A stretch of 64,000 nt of DNA, taken from NCBI GenBank assembly GCA_022825745.1, contig JAJDWF010000113.1:26400-90399 (forward strand), written 5' to 3'. Shown here piece after piece: positions 7,711 through 16,317 of this stretch (position 1 is its first letter; each line of letters begins with the position of its first letter). This DNA is from Dehalococcoidia bacterium. Its GTDB lineage: Bacteria > Chloroflexota > Dehalococcoidia > Lucifugimonadales > UBA3495. The notes under the pieces are model-generated. The model saw only the letters and a list, made by a program, of their open reading frames with translations, was not told where the DNA came from and searched no databases. A program made the position numbers and the translations under genes.

Positions 7711-9234
7711 ATGGCCACCCGCTCTTTCGCCGGCAACGTCAACGCGCCGGACTTCCCTGCCAGCGTCGAATGGATCAACACCGACCGCCCCCTGAGCATG
7801 GCCGACCTGCGCGGCAAGGTGGTGATCCTCGACTTCTGGACCTACTGTTGAATCAACTGCGTGCATGTGTTTCCGCAGTTGCGGAAAATGGAAGAGAAGT
7901 ATCCGGACGAGCTGGTGGTCATAGGCGTCCATTCCGCCAAGTTCCCCAACGAGAAGTACGCCGACAACGTGCTGCTGGCCGCCCAGCGCTACGAGCTGAA
8001 GCACCCCATCGTCAACGACGCCGAGTTCGAAGTGTGGCGGCAGTACGCCTGCCGCGCCTGGCCCACGCTGATGTTCGTTGACCCGGAGGGCAAGGTAATC
8101 GGCAAGCACGAGGGCGAGCTGCCCTACGAGGCGTTCGACGACCTGCTGGGCCGCATGATCGCCGAGTTCGACGAGCAGGGCATCATCGACCGCCGCGACC
8201 TGGGCCTCACGCCGGAGGCGGTGGAGGAAACCGCGCTGGCCTTTCCCGGCAAAGCGCTGGCCGACGGCCCGGGCAACCGCCTGTTCATCGCCGACACCAA
8301 CCACAACCGCATCGTCATCACCGATCTGGACGGCCAGGTGCAGGCCGTCGTCGGTTCCGGCGCGGAGGACTTCGCGGACGGCGACTACGCCACCGCCGCC
8401 TTCAACCACCCCCAGGGCATGGAACTGGTGGGCGATGTGCTGTACGTGGCCGACACCGAGAACCACGCCATCCGCCGGGTGGACCTCGCCGCCGGCATGG
8501 TGGACACCATCGCCGGCACCGGTCAGCAGGGACACGACCGCCGCGCCTCCGGCCCGGGCGCTCAGATCGCGCTCAGCAGCCCGTGGGACCTGGCGCACCA
8601 CGACGGCATCCTGTACATCGCCATGGCCGGCACCCACCAGCTATGGCGGCTGTCGCTGGCCGACGGCACGGTCTGTCCCCACGCCGGCACCGGCGGCGAG
8701 AACATCGACAACGGCCCGCTGGCCCAGGCGACGCTGGCCCAGCCCAGCGGCATCGTGGTCGGCAGTGACCGGGGCGGCAGTCCCATCCTCTACTTCGCCG
8801 ACTCCGAGACCAGCAGCGTGCGCAGCGCCGGCATCGACCCGGTCACCGGCCGCGTGGCGACGCTGGTGGGCATCGACCTGTTCGCGTTCGGCGACCGCGA
8901 CGGCGTGGAGCACAACGTCCGGTTGCAGCACCCCATCGGCATCGAGTGGCACGAAGGCGAGTTGTTCATCGCCGACACCTACAACCACAAGATCAAGAAG
9001 GTGCTGCCGCTTACCCGCTCGGTGCAGACCGTCCTGGGTTCCGGCGCCATGGGCCTGCACGACGGCGCCGGCAAGCTGGCGACCTTCAGCGAACCCAGCG
9101 GCCTGAGCTTCGCCGTCTTTGAGAACGGCCGGCAGCCCCTGCTCTACATCGCCGACACCAACAATCACGCCATCCGCGTCGCCGACTTCGAGGCCGACGA
9201 GGTGCGGACGCTGGAGATTACCGGCTTGTCTTGA
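7711..9234 (+). CDS. Thioredoxin-like + NHL-repeat protein (NHLRC2-like) with in-frame TGA at 7849-7851 (candidate selenocysteine, or a pseudogene)
   Basis: SD CTGGAGG precedes ATG 7711. Reads [59 protein letters not shown].., in the same frame as ORF 7861..9234. NHL repeats follow ([55 protein letters not shown]). Confidence 0.75.
7855..7880 (+). promoter_or_regulatory. Hairpin 4 nt downstream of the in-frame TGA (candidate bacterial SECIS)
   Basis: AACTGCG (7855-7861) pairs with CGCAGTT (7874-7880). 7-bp perfect stem with a 12-nt loop TGCATGTGTTTC. Confidence 0.4.
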
Positions 9235-9330
9235 CGCCGTCCGCGCCATCGGGCAACATAAATTCCCGGTGGCGACGCGGCGATGGCCGCGGCCATACCC
9301 GAACGAACTCAGGCCAACCCAGGAGAATAC

Positions 9331-9777
9331 ATGGCAACCCCTACCGTCGATCCCAATTCCGATACCGAATACGCCGTCCGCGCCGACGACAGCATCACGC
9401 TGATGGCCAGCAAGATCATCCGCGACGTGCTGGTAACCCGCGGCGAACCGATCCGGCGCGCCCAACTGTGGCAGGCGGTGGAACTGGCGATGGGGGAACG
9501 CAAACCCGACGTTGACGGAGTGCTGAAACGCGACTGGTTCAACAACCAGGGCACCGGCCCCGGCCGCTGGGAACTGACCGAGATTGCCGAGGCGCGGGAA
9601 TCGCCGTTCACCGATGCCAGCGGCGCGGTGAATCTGGCGGTGGTGGTGGAGTACCTGAGGGCCTGCCGAGGGGAGGCTCCCTACATCGGCGACGTGGGGG
9701 AGTTCATCAAAATCTGCCAGCCGGCCGTCGAGCTGGACGCGGCCTGGCTCGTGCCGGGCAGCCGCGCGATTGGCTAG
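9331..9777 (+). CDS. Hypothetical protein
   Basis: SD AGGAGA is 4-5 nt upstream of ATG 9331. 148 aa. No motif recognised. Confidence 0.5.
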   Translation: MATPTVDPNSDTEYAVRADDSITLMASKIIRDVLVTRGEPIRRAQLWQAVELAMGERKPDVDGVLKRDWFNNQGTGPGRWELTEIAEARESPFTDASGAVNLAVVVEYLRACRGEAPYIGDVGEFIKICQPAVELDAAWLVPGSRAIG

Positions 9778-10652
9778 TAGCCGTCCTGGCCGCCGCCCAG
9801 GCTGACCGACAGCACGCGCTCCCGGCCGGCCAGGTCGGGCTCCACGGTGATTTCGGCGTCCGGGAAAGTCTCTGACGCCAGGCGTCGCGCCTCGTCCATC
9901 TGCTCCGGGTCCATTTCCAGCAGGATGACCCCGTGGGCCTTCAACTTGTCCGGCTCGCCGGCCTGCGCGATCAGGCGGCGGATGTGGTCCAGCCCGTCCG
10001 CCCCGCCGTCCAGGGCCGCCACCGGCTCCCACTGGACTTCCGGCTGCAAAGTGGGGATGCGTTCGGTGGGCAGGTAGGGCAGGTTGGCCGCGATCACGTC
10101 CACCGGCTCCGGCAGCGATTCCAGCAGGTCGCCTTTCACCAGCGTGACCCGGTCGGCCACGTTGTGCATCCGCACGTTGTACGCCGCCACGTCCAGCGTC
10201 GGGTCAAAAGCGTCGCTGGCGTAGATGCGCGCGGCGGGCAGGTGGATGGCCAGGTTGACCGCGATGGCGCCGGTTCCCGTGCCCACGTCGGCGATGACCA
10301 GCTCGCGGCTCTCCATGCCCATCAGCGCCATGAACAGCGCGTGTTCCACCAGCGTTTCCGTCTCGGGCCGCGGGATCAGCACGTCCGGGTTGACCAGCAG
10401 GTTGACGCCGTAGAACTCCCGATAGTTCAGGATGTAGGCCAGCGGCTCGCGGGTTAGCCGTCGTTCCACGATGGCGGCCAGCTGCGCCTCCTGCTGCGCG
10501 GCCACCTGGGATTCCTGCTCGGCGAAAATGGCCTGGCGCGGCATCCGCATCACGTCCATCACCATCACCTCCGCCTCCAGCCGGGCATCGGGGATGCCGG
10601 CCGACTCCAGCGTGCGGTGGGTGGCCTGGATTACGTCGCGCAGGCTGGGCAT
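9774..10652 (-). CDS. prmC: Release-factor glutamine N5-methyltransferase
   Basis: HemK/PrmC layout with SAM motif IADVGTGTGAI and NLPY (NPPY variant). Immediately downstream of prfA. Confidence 0.85.
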   Translation of the reverse strand: MPSLRDVIQATHRTLESAGIPDARLEAEVMVMDVMRMPRQAIFAEQESQVAAQQEAQLAAIVERRLTREPLAYILNYREFYGVNLLVNPDVLIPRPETETLVEHALFMALMGMESRELVIADVGTGTGAIAVNLAIHLPAARIYASDAFDPTLDVAAYNVRMHNVADRVTLVKGDLLESLPEPVDVIAANLPYLPTERIPTLQPEVQWEPVAALDGGADGLDHIRRLIAQAGEPDKLKAHGVILLEMDPEQMDEARRLASETFPDAEITVEPDLAGRERVLSVSLGGGQDGY

Positions 10653-10659
10653 CAGGGCA

Positions 10660-11739
10660 TTACGCGGAGATGGCGGCCAGACCGCGCTCCTGGTCGTCGG
10701 TGATCAGGCGGTCGATGATCTCGTTGAGGCCGCCGTCCATCAGGCGCTGTATCCCGTGGGTGGACAGGCTGATCCGGTGGTCGGTGATGCGGTCCTGCGG
10801 GTAGTTGTAGGTGCGGATTTTCTCGCTGCGGTCGCCGCTCCCGATCTGTGCCTTGCGGTTGCTGGAAATCTCCGCCTGGTGGCGTTCCTGCTCGGCCGAG
10901 TACAGCCGGCTGCGCAGGATGGTCATGGCCTTGGACTTGTTCTTGTACTGCGAGCGTTCGTCCTGGCAGACCACCGTGATGCCCGTGGGTTCGTGCACAA
11001 TGCGCACGGCGGTCGCCACCTTGTTCACGTTCTGCCCGCCGTGTCCGCCGGCGTGGAATATGTCGATGCGCAGGTCGTCCTCTTTGATGTTGACCTCAAC
11101 CTCGTCGGCCTGGGGCAGCACGGCCACCGTGGCCGTCGAGGTGTGGATGCGGCCCTGGGCTTCGGTTTCGGGAACGCGCTGGACCCGGTGCACGCCGGCC
11201 TCGAACTTCAGCTTGCTGAAGGCGTTGCGCCCGTCCACGGAGAACGCGATGCGGCTGAACCCGCCCAGGTCGGAGGGATTGGAGTCGAGGATATCCACAT
11301 TCCAGCCCTGTTCCTGGGCGTAGCGTTGGTACATGCGGTAGAGGTCGGAAGCGAACAGCGACGCTTCCTGCCCGCCGGCGGCGGCGTGAATCTCCACGAT
11401 TACGTCGCGCTCGTCGTTGGGGTCTTTCGGCAGCAGCGCGATGCGCAGTTGCTGGGCCAGGTCGGAGAGGCGTACCTCCACGTCGTCCAGCTCCAGCTGG
11501 GCCATCTCGACCAGCTCGGGATCGCCGCCCTCGGTGATCAGGGCGCGCAGGTCGGCTTGTTCCTCGGCCAGGTTGCGGTGTTCCACGTCGATGGCCACCA
11601 GGTCTTCCAGGCCGGAGCGTTCGCGGTTCAGCTCGCCCAATCGAGCGTAATCGGCGGCAACCTCGGGTTGGGCCATTTCCGCTTCAATGGCCCGATACCG
11701 CTCCACAATGGGCTGCAACTTGTCGAAAATGTCGGCCAT
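10660..11739 (-). CDS. prfA: Peptide chain release factor 1
   Basis: Start MADIFDKLQPIVERY.. (CAT 11737-11739). GGQ motif AGGHGGQNVNKV. RF1-type PxT region not checked in detail. Confidence 0.9.
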   Translation of the reverse strand: MADIFDKLQPIVERYRAIEAEMAQPEVAADYARLGELNRERSGLEDLVAIDVEHRNLAEEQADLRALITEGGDPELVEMAQLELDDVEVRLSDLAQQLRIALLPKDPNDERDVIVEIHAAAGGQEASLFASDLYRMYQRYAQEQGWNVDILDSNPSDLGGFSRIAFSVDGRNAFSKLKFEAGVHRVQRVPETEAQGRIHTSTATVAVLPQADEVEVNIKEDDLRIDIFHAGGHGGQNVNKVATAVRIVHEPTGITVVCQDERSQYKNKSKAMTILRSRLYSAEQERHQAEISSNRKAQIGSGDRSEKIRTYNYPQDRITDHRISLSTHGIQRLMDGGLNEIIDRLITDDQERGLAAISA

Positions 11740-11853
11740 TACGCTCACGCCTGCCTGAAAAAACTGCAAATCAGTATAGCCTACCTCTTGAAAACTCGGC
11801 AAGGGAGCGAGCCCGCTTGAAATAAATTTGAAACCTTTAATCAGCGAAGTTGG

Positions 11854-11866
11854 GGTACAATGTACC
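11854..11866 (+). promoter_or_regulatory. Perfect 6-1-6 palindrome GGTACAaTGTACC overlapping a TACAAT -10-like hexamer upstream of glnII
   Basis: Located 30 nt upstream of ATG 11896. Three TTGAAA hexamers lie at 11788, 11817 and 11828 in the same AT-rich divergent prfA/glnII intergenic region. Confidence 0.35.
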
Positions 11867-11895
11867 AAAGCAATCTCCATTTTTGAGGTTTTGGC

Positions 11896-12912
11896 ATGAG
11901 TTACAAGGCAGAATACATCTGGATCGACGGACAGCAGCCCACGGCCAAGCTACGGTCGAAGGCGAAGATCGTGCCCGATGGCGAGGACCCTCCCATTTGG
12001 GGTTTCGACGGCTCCAGCACCAACCAGGCCCCGGGCGAAAACTCCGACTGCGTGCTCAGCCCGGTGCTCGTGGTTCCCGACCCGATCCGCGGCGGCAACA
12101 ACAAGCTGGTCATGTGCGAAGTCCTGCTTACCGACATGACGCCGCACCCGTCCAACACCCGGGCGGGGTGCGCCGCCGCGGCCGCGCAGTACGCCTCGAT
12201 GGACTTCTGGTTCGGCATCGAGCAGGAATACACCTTCTTTGACGGCATCAAGCCCCTGGGCTGGCCGGACAACGGCTTCCCCGCGCCCCAGGGCGGCTAC
12301 TACTGCGGCGTCGGTTCCGACGAGGTGTTCGGTCGCCCCGTCGTCGAGCAGCACATGGACGCCTGTCTCGACGCCGGCCTGGAGATTTCCGGCATCAACG
12401 GCGAGGTCATGCCGGCGCAGTGGGAGTTCCAGATCGGCCCCATCGGCGCGCCGGCCGTGGGCGACCACCTGTGGCTGGCCCGCTGGCTGCTCTACCGCAT
12501 CGGCGAGGACGTTGAGACCGTTGACGGGCGCCGCGGCATCAGCGCCACGCTGGACCCCAAGCCCGTCAAGGGCGACTGGAACGGCGCCGGCGCCCACACC
12601 AACTTCTCCACCAACCGGATGCGCGAGGACTACGACGCCTGCGTCGCGGCCGCCGAAGCCCTCCAGACCCGCCACGACCTGCACATCGCCAACTACGGCG
12701 ACCGCATCGAAGAGCGGCTCACCGGCCTGCACGAGACCTGCTCCTACCGCGAGTTCCGCTACGGCGTGTCCGACCGGGGCGCCTCGGTTCGCATTCCGTG
12801 GCAGGTCGCGCGCGACGGCAAGGGCTACATCGAAGACCGGCGCCCCAACGCCAACTGCGACCCCTACACCGTCACCCGCCTCATCATCGAAACCGTAGGC
12901 GGCGCAGCCTAA
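11896..12912 (+). CDS. glnII: Glutamine synthetase type II
   Basis: 338 aa. MSYKAEYIWIDGQQPTAKLRSKAKI.. is the canonical GSII N-terminus. Confidence 0.9.
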   Translation: MSYKAEYIWIDGQQPTAKLRSKAKIVPDGEDPPIWGFDGSSTNQAPGENSDCVLSPVLVVPDPIRGGNNKLVMCEVLLTDMTPHPSNTRAGCAAAAAQYASMDFWFGIEQEYTFFDGIKPLGWPDNGFPAPQGGYYCGVGSDEVFGRPVVEQHMDACLDAGLEISGINGEVMPAQWEFQIGPIGAPAVGDHLWLARWLLYRIGEDVETVDGRRGISATLDPKPVKGDWNGAGAHTNFSTNRMREDYDACVAAAEALQTRHDLHIANYGDRIEERLTGLHETCSYREFRYGVSDRGASVRIPWQVARDGKGYIEDRRPNANCDPYTVTRLIIETVGGAA

Positions 12913-12916
12913 CCCT

Positions 12917-12941
12917 GTCATTCCCGCTCTCGCGGGAATCC
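12917..12941 (+). repeat. REP-like hairpin GTCATTCCCGC-N-GCGGGAATCC (copy 1)
   Basis: GTCATTCCCGCTCTCGCGGGAATCC, 5 nt after the glnII stop. Same element at 20890, 41186 and 55957 (reverse). Confidence 0.8.
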
Positions 12942-12955
12942 AGACGGTTCCCTCA

Positions 12956-12983
12956 GTAGGGGCGGCCCACGCGTCGCCCCTAC
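12956..12983. terminator. Hairpin between convergent glnII and the SelA-like gene
   Basis: GTAGGGGCG (12956-12964) pairs with CGCCCCTAC (12975-12983). 9-bp stem with a 10-nt loop. Overlaps the TAG of the minus-strand gene. No clear U-tract. Confidence 0.4.
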
Positions 12984-14122
12984 GCGGTCAGGATCTCGCG
13001 CAGCCGCCGGATGACAACCTCGGTCTCGTCCTCGGTGAGGTTCAGCGGGTCCACCATCAGCTCGTCGGGCGGCCCCAGCTGCTGCAGGAATATCGGCGGG
13101 TCGCCCTGCTGTAGGGCGGCGCTCACCTCCCGGGGCGACGGCCCTGACCAGTCGTCGCCGCCGAAGTTGAGCACGGCGGTCGGGATCAGGTGGTTGAACC
13201 CGTCGTGCTCGAGGGTCACGCGCAGGCCCGGCACCTCCACCAGGCTGTCCACCACCCGCTGCGCCAGGGTGCGGTAGAACGCCATCTCCGCTGCCTCGTC
13301 CTCCTCCACGAACATGGACAGGGCGGTGACCAGCCCCAGGACCTCCTCCTTGGCGACCTTCATGGGCCGTCCGAGGAACTGCGCCGGGCTGGCGTTGGCC
13401 AGGGCGGCGTCGATGAGGTCGGCGCGCCCGCACAGGATGCCGGTGCCCTGCGGTCCGCGCACCCCCTTGCCGCCGCTGAAGATCACCATGTCCGCGCCGT
13501 CGTTCAGATAGCGGTGCAGGTTGGCCCGCGGCGGCAGCATGGACGCGGCGTCCACGATGACCGGCACGTCGTGGGCGTGGGCGATCTCACAGACCTGGTC
13601 CAGCGGCAGCATGCGCCGGCTGGTGTAAGGCGCGCACAGGTAGGCCACGGCGGCGGTGCGCTCGTTGATGGCCGCCTCCATCTCCCACGGGTGGCTGTAC
13701 AGGTAGTTGCCCACCTCGACGATCCTGGCGCCGGCGGCCCGGTAGGCGTGGTCGTAAGGAAACCGGTGCATGGTCTGGATGATGATCTCGTTCTTCATCC
13801 CGTCGGTGTCCGGCAGGCGGTGCATCTGCGCCGGGTCGCTGCCGGCGATGCAGGCCGCCGCCTGTAGCAGCAGCCCGCCGGCCGCGCCGCTACTGACCAT
13901 GGCGGCCTCCGCGCCCACCAGCCGGGCAATCTCCTCGCCGGCCCTCCGGTTCAGCTCGTCGATGTTGACCATGACGCGGGATGCGCCGGCCATCTGCTCC
14001 AGCACCTCGGGCCGGGTGCGGGTGCCGCCGAGCCGGGTCACCGAGCCGGAAGCGTTGATGATGGAGGTGACGCCTAGGCTGCGGTAAGCCTGTTCGGCGT
14101 CGGTAATGTTCTGCTGGGTCAA
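12980..14122 (-). CDS. SelA-family (DgaE-like) PLP-dependent enzyme
   Basis: 380 aa. VIFSGGKGVRGPQGTGIL resembles the SelA lysine loop FSGDKLLGGPQ. Lacks the N-terminal domain of genuine SelA. Confidence 0.7.
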   Translation of the reverse strand: MTQQNITDAEQAYRSLGVTSIINASGSVTRLGGTRTRPEVLEQMAGASRVMVNIDELNRRAGEEIARLVGAEAAMVSSGAAGGLLLQAAACIAGSDPAQMHRLPDTDGMKNEIIIQTMHRFPYDHAYRAAGARIVEVGNYLYSHPWEMEAAINERTAAVAYLCAPYTSRRMLPLDQVCEIAHAHDVPVIVDAASMLPPRANLHRYLNDGADMVIFSGGKGVRGPQGTGILCGRADLIDAALANASPAQFLGRPMKVAKEEVLGLVTALSMFVEEDEAAEMAFYRTLAQRVVDSLVEVPGLRVTLEHDGFNHLIPTAVLNFGGDDWSGPSPREVSAALQQGDPPIFLQQLGPPDELMVDPLNLTEDETEVVIRRLREILTA

Positions 14123-14245
14123 AGGAACCTCCCTGTGCGGGGCGACGGTAGTTGCGCAGGATTATAGCAAGGGACGGCAGTTGCACTATGGTAAGATTTC
14201 CGCGCTGTTCAAACTCGCCATGCGCACAAACTTGGAGGTAACAAC

Positions 14246-14872
14246 GTGACCACCGCCGACCGTCTGAACGTAATTCCGCTGGGAGAGGCCATGTTCACCC
14301 AGCGCGCCATCCGCCGCTTCCGGCCCGACCCCATTCCCGCCGACGTGATGGAGGACATCATGCAGTCCGCCATCCGCGCCCCCAACGGCGGCAACAACCA
14401 GGGCTGGCACTTCATCGTCGTGCAGAACGAAGAGATGCGCCGCAAGCTGGGCGACCTTTACCACGAGGCCTGGTGGGCCAAGCGCGCCGACGCTGGCATC
14501 ATGGGCCCGCAGGACATTCCGCCCGGCCCCAGCTCCATGCGCTCGGCCATGCGGCTCGCCAACGAGATCGGCGACGCGCCGGTGATGGTGCTCATCTGCG
14601 CCACGTCCAAGGGCGCGCAGGCGGCCGGCTCGGTGATACCGGCGGCGCAGAACATGCTGCTGGCGGCCCGGGCCTTCGGCATCGGCGGCACCATCGCCAC
14701 GCTGCACGCCGTAGTCGAGGAGCGCGTCCACGCCCTGTTCAACATCCCCGACACCGCGCAGATCGTGTACTGCATGCCCTTCGGCTACCCGCGCGGCAAC
14801 TTCGGCCCGGTAACCCGCCTCCCGCTCAACGAAGTCTGCTCCTACGACCGCTGGGGCGCCCCCCGGGATTAG
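14246..14872 (+). CDS. Nitroreductase family protein
   Basis: GTG start after GGAGGT. FTQRAIRRFRPDPIP..AIRAPNGGNNQGWHFIVV. Confidence 0.8.
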   Translation: MTTADRLNVIPLGEAMFTQRAIRRFRPDPIPADVMEDIMQSAIRAPNGGNNQGWHFIVVQNEEMRRKLGDLYHEAWWAKRADAGIMGPQDIPPGPSSMRSAMRLANEIGDAPVMVLICATSKGAQAAGSVIPAAQNMLLAARAFGIGGTIATLHAVVEERVHALFNIPDTAQIVYCMPFGYPRGNFGPVTRLPLNEVCSYDRWGAPRD

Positions 14873-14877
14873 GCCAC

Positions 14878-15894
14878 TTACCGCGTCCGTTCGTACCGGT
14901 AGTCCCGCGCCGTGCCGCGCTCCGGCGTCGCCGTCGGATTGTTGGGCAGGTAGGCGTAGTCGGGATCCACGCCGACCTTGGGGCCGAGAGTGTTGCGGAG
15001 CGTGCCGATGTGCTCGACCTCCAGCTCCACGGTGTCGCCCGGCTCCAGCCAGCGGGATGCCTCGTAGCCCTTGCGGATGGACTCGCGCACGGAGCCGCCG
15101 CCCACCGTGCCGCTGCCGATCACGTCTCCCGGCGCGATGCGGCTGTCCTTGGCGGCGCGCTCGATGATCTCGCCCCAGGTGTACCAGGCGTTGACCGTCT
15201 CGCCGTCCCGCAGCCAGTCGTCGCCGTTGACGCGGGCGTGGGCCTTGAGGTCCAGGCGGCCGTCCCTGATGTGAGGCATCAACTCGTCGGTGGTGACCAC
15301 CCACGGGCCGATGGACGACGCCGAGTCCTTGCCCTTGGCCGGGCCGAGGCCGAAGGCCATCTCGTCGAATTGCAGGTCCCGCGCGCTCCAGTCGTTGAAA
15401 ATGCAGAACCCGGCGACGTACTGCATAGCCTCGGACGCCGGCACGTTGCTGCCCGCCTTGCCGATGACGCAGCCGATTTCCAGCTCGTAGTCCAGCTGGT
15501 CCGACGCGGCGGGATAAGGCACGTCCTCGTCCGGCCCGTAAATGACCAGCGGGTTGGAGAAGTAGAACACCGGCATCCGGTACCACACCTCGTTGATTTC
15601 CCGCGTGCCCTGCGACGTGGCGTGTTCCTCATAGACGATGTAGTCGCGCACGGTGGGCGGCCGCAGCACCGGCGCGCGCAGCCGCACGTCGGCGAGCGCC
15701 ACCGCCGGCGCGGCCACGTTGCCGGCCAATGCGTCGCCCACCCGGTCAATGGCGGATTCGCCGGTATCCAGCAGCGCGCCAACGTCCCGGATGGTACGAC
15801 GCGCCCCCAGCAGCGAGCTAACGTCCACCACCGCATCATCCCGCAAAACGCCGCACCGCGGCCCGGTTCCGTTGTCGTAAGTCAGCAGTTTCAT
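14878..15894 (-). CDS. Fumarylacetoacetate hydrolase (FAH) family protein
   Basis: 338 aa. FAH-family layout with N-terminal MKLLTYDNG..CGVL and a C-terminal catalytic domain (GFCIFNDWSARD, GDVIGSGTVGGG). Confidence 0.8.
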   Translation of the reverse strand: MKLLTYDNGTGPRCGVLRDDAVVDVSSLLGARRTIRDVGALLDTGESAIDRVGDALAGNVAAPAVALADVRLRAPVLRPPTVRDYIVYEEHATSQGTREINEVWYRMPVFYFSNPLVIYGPDEDVPYPAASDQLDYELEIGCVIGKAGSNVPASEAMQYVAGFCIFNDWSARDLQFDEMAFGLGPAKGKDSASSIGPWVVTTDELMPHIRDGRLDLKAHARVNGDDWLRDGETVNAWYTWGEIIERAAKDSRIAPGDVIGSGTVGGGSVRESIRKGYEASRWLEPGDTVELEVEHIGTLRNTLGPKVGVDPDYAYLPNNPTATPERGTARDYRYERTR

Positions 15895-15918
15895 GTTCGC
15901 AGTTCCTCTTTGGTTTGA

Positions 15919-16317
15919 TTACACAATGTCGGAATACCCGGCCAACCGCTCGGCGTCGTTAATGTAGTCAGCGGTCTGGCGGATGCGACGATGGATTTCG
16001 TCCACTGGTTCACAGATGCCCAGATAAAAGCAGGTTCCATGCAGATGGCCCTGCCGGGAGTAATAGCGGCCGACCAGGAGGTTGTTGATGGCGTTGTCTG
16101 TAGCAGCCAGCCTGACCAGTCCTCGCGTAGTATCCGGGGAAAATTCAGATTCCTCGCCCGTTCGCGCCAGAATCAGCGCATCGGTAGCCCGCTTGGTGGC
16201 GCACCAAGCCTTCTCCGCAGCATCACGGATATCGCCGGCCTCCAGCAGCCGCAGCGCGTCAGCATGAACGGCGCGGGCGTCGGCAAAAATAGCGGGTACG
16301 CGGTCGGTGGTTAGCAT
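15919..16317 (-). CDS. PaREP1-like HEPN-superfamily protein
   Basis: AEKAWCATKRATDALILARTGEE..GRYYSRQGHLHGTCFYLG matches the PaREP1 pattern (EKxWxA..A..A...G... then LHxxFY). Overlaps the upstream GIY-YIG gene by 7 nt. Confidence 0.65.
   Translation of the reverse strand: MLTTDRVPAIFADARAVHADALRLLEAGDIRDAAEKAWCATKRATDALILARTGEESEFSPDTTRGLVRLAATDNAINNLLVGRYYSRQGHLHGTCFYLGICEPVDEIHRRIRQTADYINDAERLAGYSDIV

Noticed and set aside
12980-14122. The SelA-family gene as evidence for a selenocysteine pathway supporting the TGA at 7849.
   Set aside because: Only 380 aa, without the SelA N-terminal tRNA-binding domain. It fits the SelA-like/DgaE group, which is unrelated to Sec synthesis, so it is not counted as support.
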